Source of the DNA: an uncultured Butyricicoccus sp.
GTDB taxonomy: Bacteria; Bacillota; Clostridia; Oscillospirales; Butyricicoccaceae
NCBI GenBank assembly: GCA_964017555.1
Contig: CAXHNU010000082.1
Location: 1-13,093 of the forward strand
Reading direction: 5' to 3'
DNA length: 13,093 nucleotides
The notes under the pieces are model-generated. The model was not told where the DNA came from and did no database searches. It saw only the letters and a list, made by a program, of their open reading frames with translations. Shown one piece after another: positions 1-5,988 of this stretch. Both the position numbers and the translations under genes were made by a program. Numbering within the stretch: the stretch's first letter is position 1; every line of letters begins with the position of its first letter.

Positions 1-43
1 GCCCCGGGACCCCGCCGCCTTTTGAAAAAGGCGGGCGAAAACT
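1..43 (-). terminator. GC-rich hairpin after the porB stop (possible operon terminator, partly outside the window)
   Basis: Minus-strand RNA CGCCCGCC-UUUUUCAAAA-GGCGGCGGGG starts 6 nt after the TAA stop. No U-tract is visible within the window. Confidence 0.25.
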
Positions 44-973
44 TTATTTACATTTGGCGGTCAGCACTGCCCATTTATGGTCAACCCATTTTTGGGCTTC
101 TTCAATCATCCATTCATTGCCTTTCTTAAAGCAATGTTTGAAGCGTCCTTGTACCTTCATAAATTCTTCTACAGGAAGTTTTTGTTTTGGTTCATAGGTC
201 AAGTGGTATTCACCCTCCACCACTTCAAACAATGGCCATACGCAACATTCCACGGCAAGTTTTGTCACTTCCGCGATATTTTCAGAAGGATACCGCCAAC
301 CACGCGGGCAAGGGGATAATACATTGAGAAATGCGGGACCAGGGGTATAGATTGCCCGGTGTGCTTTTTCATGCAAATCTTTAAAGTTGCCAAGGAACGT
401 GGACTGGGCAACATAGGGAATACCATGAGCAACCATAATTTCGGTCAAATCTTTTTTATTTTGGCGTTTGCCGCTGGAAGCGGAACCATATGGTGTTGTG
501 GTGGTATCGGCAAAGCGTGAGGTGGAAGAAGAACGCTGAATCCCTGTGTTCATATAGGCTTCATTGTCATAACAGACATAGACCATATCATGACCGCGCT
601 CCATGGCGCCGGAAAGCGACTGGAAACCGATATCATAGGTGCCGCCGTCGCCGCCAAAGGTGATAAATTTAAAAGTATCATCAATTTTGCCGCGGCGTTT
701 CAGGGCATTATAGGCAGCTTCTACGCCGCCGCAGGTTGCCGCAGCGTTTTCAAAGGCATTATGGATATAGCTGTCCATCCAGGCGGTATAAGGGTAAAGG
801 AAAGAGGATACTTCCAAACAGCCGGTTGCATTGGTGACAACCGCTTTATCTTCCGGGTTCAGTGCGCGCATGACTGCGCGGACTGTAATCCCTGCGCCGC
901 AGCCTGCGCATAAGCGGTGCCCGCCGACAAAGCGTTCCGGTTTGGAAAGCTCCTGTTTGAGATTATATGGCAT
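44..973 (-). CDS. porB: 2-oxoacid:ferredoxin oxidoreductase beta subunit (TPP-binding; pyruvate/2-ketoisovalerate synthase PorB/VorB type)
   Basis: 309-aa ORF with TPP-binding GDG motif region (FGGDGGTYDIG) and Cys cluster ligands (CAGCGAG) typical of OFOR beta subunits. Start ATG at 971-973 is preceded by GAGGAG. It is last in a coupled four-gene operon. Stop TAA is at 44-46. Confidence 0.88.
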   Translation of the reverse strand: MPYNLKQELSKPERFVGGHRLCAGCGAGITVRAVMRALNPEDKAVVTNATGCLEVSSFLYPYTAWMDSYIHNAFENAAATCGGVEAAYNALKRRGKIDDTFKFITFGGDGGTYDIGFQSLSGAMERGHDMVYVCYDNEAYMNTGIQRSSSTSRFADTTTTPYGSASSGKRQNKKDLTEIMVAHGIPYVAQSTFLGNFKDLHEKAHRAIYTPGPAFLNVLSPCPRGWRYPSENIAEVTKLAVECCVWPLFEVVEGEYHLTYEPKQKLPVEEFMKVQGRFKHCFKKGNEWMIEEAQKWVDHKWAVLTAKCK

Positions 974-1001
974 AGTATTGCTCCTCGCTTGTCATCAAGA
1001 A

Positions 1002-2183
1002 TTATTCACGCTGCCCAAGATGGCGGTAACGCGCGCCGGTATTGCCGGTGCGGATGATTTCATCCAGGGCATCAAAAATGGTTTCGCAGTCCTGCACGCG
1101 GAAATCGCGCCCGCCAAGCCCATAAACATAGTTAATGGTTTTGGGGCGGTGGTCAAGGTCATACAAAGCGCCGCGCACTTCCGCGCCCAGCGGGCCGCCT
1201 GCGTTTGAGAACGATTCTGCTTTATCCAAAATAGCAAGGGCTTTCAAATGCCCAAGGGCAGCGGCAAGTTCTTCCGCCGGGAAGGGGCGGAACACACGCA
1301 GTTTGAGCATCCCGACTTTTTTGCCTTGTGCGCGCAGTTTATCGACGGTAGCGCGGGCAGTGCCAGCAGAAGAACCGATCAGCAGTACCGCGGATTCTGC
1401 GTCCTCGAGCTGATAAGTTTCAAAGAAACCATAACTGCGCCCAGTCATTTCGCCGAATTTTTTGCCGACGGCAAGAATAACTTCTTTGGCATTTTTCATG
1501 GCTTCCACCTGACCCATTTTGGCGTCCATGTAATAGGGGGAAACGCCATAGGGACCAACGGCAAGCGGGTTGTCATGTTTGAGTAAGTAATGTTCAGGTT
1601 CATAAGTACCGACAAAGTTTTTCACATCGGCGTCGTCGCATAATTCTATATTTTCGACCGCATGGGAGGTAATAAAGCCATCCTGGCAGACCATCACCGG
1701 CAGGCGTACCGCCGGGTTTTCGCCGATTGGCATGGCTTGCAGGTAATTATCATAGGCTTCCTGGTTATTTTCGGCATAGATTTGAATCCAGCCGGCATCC
1801 CGTGCGCCCATGGAGTCGGAATGGTCATTGTTAATGTTAATGGGGCCGGACAGTGCGCGGTTGACACAAGCGAGTGTCACCGGCAGGCGGGAAGAAGACG
1901 CGACATAAAGCAGTTCCCACATCAGCGCAAGCCCACAGGAAGAAGTTGCGGTGACAGCGCGTGCGCCAGCGGCTTCCGCGCCAATACAGGTGGACATCGA
2001 AGAATGTTCGGATTCCACTGTGACATATTCGGTGTTGACCTCGCCGTTTGCGACATATTGGGCAAAATATTGGGGGATTTCAGTTGATGGGGTGATTGGG
2101 AATGCCCCCATCACATCAGGGTCAATTTGTTTCATGGCATAAGCCACGGCTTCATTGCCGGAAAGGCGATCTCGTTTAGCCAT
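1002..2183 (-). CDS. porA: 2-oxoacid:ferredoxin oxidoreductase alpha subunit
   Basis: The six-frame ORF extends to 2288, but the ATG at 2181-2183 (MAKRDRLSGNEAVAYAMKQ) is preceded by AAGGAGGAG and matches the conserved PorA N-terminus. Gives 393 aa. It overlaps the upstream delta-subunit stop by 8 nt, indicating translational coupling. Confidence 0.88.
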   Translation of the reverse strand: MAKRDRLSGNEAVAYAMKQIDPDVMGAFPITPSTEIPQYFAQYVANGEVNTEYVTVESEHSSMSTCIGAEAAGARAVTATSSCGLALMWELLYVASSSRLPVTLACVNRALSGPININNDHSDSMGARDAGWIQIYAENNQEAYDNYLQAMPIGENPAVRLPVMVCQDGFITSHAVENIELCDDADVKNFVGTYEPEHYLLKHDNPLAVGPYGVSPYYMDAKMGQVEAMKNAKEVILAVGKKFGEMTGRSYGFFETYQLEDAESAVLLIGSSAGTARATVDKLRAQGKKVGMLKLRVFRPFPAEELAAALGHLKALAILDKAESFSNAGGPLGAEVRGALYDLDHRPKTINYVYGLGGRDFRVQDCETIFDALDEIIRTGNTGARYRHLGQRE

Positions 2184-2487
2184 CTGCGTGCTCCTCCTTA
2201 TGGAATGTAATCGCCTGGAATGGGCAGACTTTTGCACAAATGCCGCAGCCCTTGCAATGGTCAAAATCAAAATCAAGGCGTTTGCCATCCGTCACCGGGA
2301 TGGAGGAATCCGGGCAATATGGCGCGCAAAGCAAACATTGTTTGCATTTGGATTCATCCCAAGTTGGGGTTTGGGTGCGCCATTCCCCGGTAATGGTCAG
2401 GCGGGCTGTGCCCGGCTCATAGATTTCACAACCGGGCGTCAGTTCATACCATTTGGATTGTTCATTGATATTTGCTGCTTTTTTCAT
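2176..2487 (-). CDS. porD: 2-oxoacid:ferredoxin oxidoreductase delta subunit (2x[4Fe-4S] ferredoxin)
   Basis: 103 aa with two CxxCxxCxxxCP ferredoxin motifs (CKQCLLCAPYCP and CKGCGICAKVCP). Its ATG overlaps the gamma-subunit stop (ATGA). GAGGTG RBS. Confidence 0.85.
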   Translation of the reverse strand: MKKAANINEQSKWYELTPGCEIYEPGTARLTITGEWRTQTPTWDESKCKQCLLCAPYCPDSSIPVTDGKRLDFDFDHCKGCGICAKVCPFQAITFHKEEHADG

Positions 2488-3062
2488 CCGATTTGCACCT
2501 CGCGCATGGATTTCGCCAGTGCATTCATATTGCCTTCAATAACTTGGGGCTTTGTGGAAAATTTATGTTGGAATGATGCTTTCATATCGCTGACAAAACG
2601 GTTTGGCTCCACAACGCCGGAAACCTTGACCGCAGCGGCAAGCATTGGGGTATTCGGGAAGTTTTTACCAAGAGTTTCCTCAGAAATGCGGCGTGCGTCA
2701 ATGGTGCAGACCTTGCCGGCATAGCCGTTGAGCATGGGGCGGATTTCTTCCGGAGTTTTTTCGGTGTTGATGATGATTGCGCCTTCATTGGACAGCCCAG
2801 CGGTCACATTGACCGATTCAAGCAAGGTTTCATCAACAACGACAACATAGTCGGGATTGTAAATATTGGAATGCACGGTGCAGCGTTCATCAGAAATGCG
2901 GTTATACGCGGTAATCGGTGCGCCCATACGTTCGGGGCCATATTCCGGGAAGCCCTGGACATATTTGCCCGATGAGAAAGCAGCGTCTGCAAGCAGTAAG
3001 CAAGCTGTTTTGGCGCCCTGACCGCCGCGCCCGTGCCAACGGATTTCAACTGGTTTGTTCAT
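2484..3062 (-). CDS. porG: 2-oxoacid:ferredoxin oxidoreductase gamma subunit
   Basis: 192 aa starting MNKPVEIRWHGRGGQGAKTA, the hallmark N-terminus of POR/VOR gamma subunits. Strong RBS AGGAGGAAAATACC before ATG at 3060-3062. First gene of the operon. Confidence 0.85.
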   Translation of the reverse strand: MNKPVEIRWHGRGGQGAKTACLLLADAAFSSGKYVQGFPEYGPERMGAPITAYNRISDERCTVHSNIYNPDYVVVVDETLLESVNVTAGLSNEGAIIINTEKTPEEIRPMLNGYAGKVCTIDARRISEETLGKNFPNTPMLAAAVKVSGVVEPNRFVSDMKASFQHKFSTKPQVIEGNMNALAKSMREVQIG

Positions 3063-3372
3063 GGTATTTTCCTCCTATCATCTTGTGAAAAGTGTTTCGT
3101 GACAAAATATAAAAAAGCAGCCGTCCGTAAAAGGACAGCTGCTGAAAAAGCGCTGTAAACCACCTGTTACCGTACCATCATACGTTCTCCTAGAATAACG
3201 GCAGGAGAAAACCGGCAAAGCCTACTTGCCCAAAGCAAAAGGGGGGTTCGGTGTGCAGCTCAGGAGTGATTTTCGGCAACGCGCGACTCGCACCGGGCTT
3301 GCACTGTCCCCGGTTCGCTGTGGCTTTTGCTGCGTGCTTACTCTCTCCGTCAAAGCCTTTATTTGTTTCATT
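3063..3372 (-). ncRNA. Structured 5' leader of the por operon (about 310 nt). Candidate T-box-like or riboswitch transcription attenuator with mutually exclusive antiterminator and terminator.
   Basis: A near-consensus promoter lies upstream. The terminator sits at the 3' end. An alternative pairing GUAACAGG (3163-3170) with CCUUUUAC (3127-3134), plus inner helix ACAGC/GCUGU around a 7-nt bulge UGGUUUA, would consume the terminator 5' arm. AGG-UGGUUUA-CAGCG resembles the T-box core AGGG-UGGNACC-GCG. GGAGAGAGUA sits near the 5' end like a T-box stem I start. Several internal hairpins are present (CCGGG..CCCGG at about 3268-3290; UUCUCCU..AGGAGAA at about 3177-3205). Confidence 0.45.
3104..3144 (-). 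terminator. Intrinsic terminator (attenuator) inside the por operon leader
   Basis: Minus-strand RNA CAGCAGCUGUCC-UUUUAC-GGACGGCUGCU (one G-U pair) is followed by UUUUUUAUAUUUU. The U-tract ends about 40 nt before the porG ATG, leaving no room for a separate promoter, so this is a regulatory terminator rather than a gene-end terminator. Confidence 0.7.
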
Positions 3373-3379
3373 GACTAAT

Positions 3380-3408
3380 AGTATAAACTGTTTCCCAGTT
3401 TGTTGCAA
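3380..3408 (-). promoter_or_regulatory. Sigma-A type promoter TTGCAA-N17-TATACT driving the por leader and operon
   Basis: On the minus strand, -35 TTGCAA is the reverse complement of 3403-3408 and -10 TATACT is the reverse complement of 3380-3385, with exact 17-nt spacing. Predicted TSS is near 3372. Confidence 0.55.
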
Positions 3409-3499
3409 CCGTGAAAAAACACAAAATCCAAGGTGAAATTCCGTCAGGTATGCACAGAAGTCCACCTGACATGGAAAAATAAAAATTTGTCCGCGAAGA

Positions 3500-4423
3500 T
3501 TATGCCATTTTCTTTGGGCTGCCATTGTCAAATGGCACATCATAATGGTGCAGCAACAGCCAGCCCGCGTCAAATTCGGCAGCATACTGCCCGGCAAGGT
3601 GCGCGGCGGTATCCATTGCGGATTCCATCAGTTCGGGTACGGATTCGGTGCGTTCGGTTTCGGGCTGCCATAGGTTATGCCATGCGGCGTGTTCCAGGTT
3701 CAGGCAATTCCATTCCGGCGGATCGATTTTCATATGGCTGGTCAGCAATGCGCCGCGCCCGGCAAGCCCTTCCAGCTTCTGCAACCCGTGGTAGATGGAA
3801 GCGTTTTCACTGTAAAGGAAGTTTTCCACAGTCAGCATTTCACGGAATGCGGCGCGCAGATCGGCAGTGCTGACACGCAGCCCATAAACTGTGCCAAGCA
3901 GGTAATGCAGCAGCACAGCCTGCACCGCAATTTCTTCATCCGACGCGGCATAATATTTGCCGGGGTCAAAATCGGTCACTGGCGCATGGTATTCCTGTTC
4001 ATACAAAGCATAATCAATATCGCTTTCAATCTGGCAATGGACTGCGGAGGGGTTTAGTTTGGGATCAGCTTCCAAACATTCATGCTGGCGGCAATAGACA
4101 TAGGGATGCACTGTGCTGTCCAATGCGTAATGGCACAAAAAGCCATAGAAATAGGCTTCTGCAATGGCACGGTTATCCCCTGTCATGCGGTTGACCGCGC
4201 GGGCAAATGCAAAAAACAATTCATCAGTGCATTCTGAGTGCATTTGGTTGCCATATTTGTGCAGCGGGCTGCCAAAAGCCAGCTTGCGATAAAAAAGCGG
4301 ATCGGGGCCTTGAAGCCCCCAATTAAAAGCAGCCGGACGCCGTACAGCGGCAAGCTGCACAACTGCGGGGAATTTATCCTGTACAAGTTCACCAAACAGG
4401 TAATGTGATACAAAATCTGCCAT
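3500..4423 (-). CDS. Zinc-dependent phospholipase C / nuclease P1-fold family protein, cytoplasmic (no signal peptide)
   Basis: 307 aa. N-terminal HYLFGE and the internal CHYALDSTVHPYVY motif align with the Zn-ligand motif HYLGDxxQPMH of B. cereus PLC-fold enzymes. RBS GGAGAGG. Stop TAA at 3500-3502. Confidence 0.55.
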   Translation of the reverse strand: MADFVSHYLFGELVQDKFPAVVQLAAVRRPAAFNWGLQGPDPLFYRKLAFGSPLHKYGNQMHSECTDELFFAFARAVNRMTGDNRAIAEAYFYGFLCHYALDSTVHPYVYCRQHECLEADPKLNPSAVHCQIESDIDYALYEQEYHAPVTDFDPGKYYAASDEEIAVQAVLLHYLLGTVYGLRVSTADLRAAFREMLTVENFLYSENASIYHGLQKLEGLAGRGALLTSHMKIDPPEWNCLNLEHAAWHNLWQPETERTESVPELMESAMDTAAHLAGQYAAEFDAGWLLLHHYDVPFDNGSPKKMA

Positions 4424-4457
4424 AGCAAAACCATCCTCTCCAAATGCGTTATCTCAT

Positions 4458-4466
4458 ATTATACAA
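4458..4466 (-). promoter_or_regulatory. Extended -10 promoter (TTGTATAAT) for the PLC-like gene
   Basis: The reverse complement of 4458-4466 reads TTGTATAAT (TGnTATAAT class), about 35 nt upstream of the start codon. No good -35. Confidence 0.35.
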
Positions 4467-4510
4467 CTTTTTGGCGGATTCGGAAAGGGAAAATCGAAAA
4501 TTCACAAGAT

Positions 4511-4553
4511 TTTTATAAAAAAACCCTTCCCGCACAAAGCCAGAAAGGGTTTT
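4511..4553 (-). terminator. Rho-independent terminator of the Mrp/NifX-like operon
   Basis: Minus-strand RNA AAACCCUU-16 nt loop-AAGGGUUU is followed by UUUUUUUAUAAAA. It begins about 10 nt after the TGA stop at 4562-4564. Confidence 0.7.
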
Positions 4554-4561
4554 AGAGTGAA

Positions 4562-5005
4562 TCAGTCAATTTTCGGCAGACTGCGCAATGCTTCTTCGGG
4601 CACATGGACAGGTCCACAGCCAGCGCATTTGGAACAGTCATGCATACACGCCATGGGGTCATTGGGATCTTCTTCGCGGCAGGCTTCTAAAATGCCGGGA
4701 TCGCCTTGTTTTTCGCCGACAATGAATTTTGCGGCGGCTTCTTCGGCTGCGCCGGTGACGCCAGGCACCAGCACAATGCCGAGCATTTCCAGCGCATTGC
4801 GCAGAGCAATGCCAAGCGCATTGCAGATAAATACATCTGCCTGCGCCATACTCACAAATGTCAGCAAAGCAGTCGGGCTGCTGCCGGGCGCGGCAGCAAG
4901 TTCCTTTGCACAGGGTGTGCCATTTTCCACAGTAACCAGCAGGTATTCCGGACAGCCAGCGGCGTCAGCAACCATGCCATCCTGACAGGCAATTGCAATT
5001 TTCAT
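4562..5005 (-). CDS. NifB/NifX-family (dinitrogenase FeMo-cofactor-binding fold, DUF134-like) protein with Cys-rich C-terminal tail
   Basis: Start chosen at ATG 5003-5005 (MKIAIACQDG), which has an AGAGGAAAA RBS. The six-frame ORF start at 5026 is a GTG overlapping the upstream stop. 147 aa. C-terminal motif ACMHDCSKCAGCG. Confidence 0.65.
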   Translation of the reverse strand: MKIAIACQDGMVADAAGCPEYLLVTVENGTPCAKELAAAPGSSPTALLTFVSMAQADVFICNALGIALRNALEMLGIVLVPGVTGAAEEAAAKFIVGEKQGDPGILEACREEDPNDPMACMHDCSKCAGCGPVHVPEEALRSLPKID

Positions 5006-5022
5006 GGAATTTTCCTCTACTT

Positions 5023-5841
5023 TCACAGCATATCTTCCAGCACACGCATTGCGCCATGTAATGCCTCCGGCAGTTTGACGTCCTCGATATCGCCGCGGTC
5101 AACCGCGGCGGCAAGGTTCGGGTCAAGCGGCAGCCGCGCAAGCACAGGCAAATCATATTCAGCGGCAACCGCGTCCAGCTTGCTTTTGCCAAAGACTTCA
5201 ATTTGCTTGCCGCAGTCCGGGCAGACAAGATAGCTGTAATTTTCGATGATGCCCACAATCGGGATGTTCATCATTTTTGCCATTTTTACCGCTTTGCCCA
5301 CAATCATCGAAACCAGATCCTGTGGAGAAGTCAGCACAATAATGCCGTCAACCGGCAGCGATTGGAACACAGTCAGCGGAACGTCGCCCGTGCCGGGCGG
5401 CATATCGACAAACATAAAATCGACATCTTTCCAAATCACATCTGCCCAAAACTGTTTTACGGTTTCGGCGATAATAGGGCCACGGTAAATCACCGGGTCG
5501 TCGGTATGGTCAAGGACAAAGTTAATGGAAACCATATCAATGCCGGTTTCAGAAGTTTTGGGGAAAATGCCTTCTTCACAGCCTTCCAGCCTGCCGCTGA
5601 CACCAAAGGCTTTTGGGATGGATGGACCAGTGATATCCGCGTCCAAAATGGCGGTATGATATCCTTTGCGGCACATGGCAACCGCAAGCATAGATGTTGC
5701 AAGGCTTTTGCCAACGCCGCCCTTGCCGGAAATCACGCCAATGACTTTTTTAATGCTGGATAGATTATTTGGTTTAACAAGCAGGCTTTCGGGTTCGCCG
5801 CAGCCAGCTTGGCAGGAATCGCAGTTATGTGAGCAACCCAT
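5023..5841 (-). CDS. Mrp/NBP35 (ApbC-like) P-loop ATPase, iron-sulfur cluster carrier
   Basis: 272 aa. Walker A GKGGVGKS and the conserved CPDC cluster-bridging motif are present. N-terminal extension MGCSHNCDSCQAGCG has 4 Cys. RBS AAAGGAGC. Confidence 0.85.
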   Translation of the reverse strand: MGCSHNCDSCQAGCGEPESLLVKPNNLSSIKKVIGVISGKGGVGKSLATSMLAVAMCRKGYHTAILDADITGPSIPKAFGVSGRLEGCEEGIFPKTSETGIDMVSINFVLDHTDDPVIYRGPIIAETVKQFWADVIWKDVDFMFVDMPPGTGDVPLTVFQSLPVDGIIVLTSPQDLVSMIVGKAVKMAKMMNIPIVGIIENYSYLVCPDCGKQIEVFGKSKLDAVAAEYDLPVLARLPLDPNLAAAVDRGDIEDVKLPEALHGAMRVLEDML

Positions 5842-5881
5842 AAATTTTCACAGCTCCTTTTAATTCAGTATCGTTGGCTTT

Positions 5882-5910
5882 AGTATATCGCATTTCGGGC
5901 TGTTTATCAA
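5882..5910 (-). promoter_or_regulatory. Sigma-A promoter TTGATA-N17-TATACT for the Mrp/NifX-like operon
   Basis: On the minus strand, -35 is the reverse complement of 5905-5910 and -10 is the reverse complement of 5882-5887. Spacing is 17 nt. Confidence 0.5.
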
Positions 5911-5926
5911 GGGAATTGTACAAAGA

Positions 5927-5963
5927 GCGCCGCCCCTGGCTGCCTGCGGCAGCCAGGAGCGGC
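5927..5963 (-). terminator. GC-rich hairpin (10-bp perfect stem CCTGGCTGCC-TGC-GGCAGCCAGG plus outer GCCGC/GCGGC) downstream of the flotillin gene. Putative terminator.
   Basis: It lies 26-60 nt beyond the flotillin stop (5989). The downstream minus-strand sequence GCUCUUUGU is only weakly U-rich, so termination efficiency is uncertain. Confidence 0.35.
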
Positions 5964-5988
5964 ATAAAGCCCAAAAGGGCATATTATA

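Noticed and set aside
77-2087. Plus-strand ORFs (77-319, 590-913, 831-1208, 1135-1413, 1248-1586, 1662-2087) opposite porB/porA
   Set aside because: They are antisense to strongly supported, translationally coupled OFOR genes, and none has an RBS or recognisable product.
3063-3499. Possibility that the region encodes a standalone small RNA (SRP RNA, tmRNA, RNase P, 6S), or a TPP, glycine or cobalamin riboswitch
   Set aside because: None of the family-defining motifs are present in either strand. Checked were the SRP GGAAGCAGC helix-8 motif, the tmRNA tRNA-like ends, the RNase P GGAAAGUCC motif, the TPP CUGAGA plus ACCUGAUCUGG pair, the glycine CACCGAAGGGGCAA motif and the B12 box GCCACUG. 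Only partial resemblances were found (GGAGAG, CACCGAA, GCCACAG).
3190-3597. 135-aa minus-strand ORF spanning the por leader and the end of the PLC-like gene
   Set aside because: It overlaps the 3' end of a well-supported CDS, has no RBS, has odd composition (Cys/Leu-rich, no recognisable fold), and lies across the promoter and leader RNA. Most likely a chance ORF.
4985-5026. Longer start (GTG at 5026, MKVEENSMKIAIA) for the NifX-like gene as given by the ORF track
   Set aside because: The GTG overlaps the upstream stop and has only a weak GGAAG upstream. The internal ATG at 5003-5005 has a well-spaced AGAGGAAAA RBS and gives the family-typical MKIAIA N-terminus. Annotated with the shorter start, but the longer one cannot be excluded.
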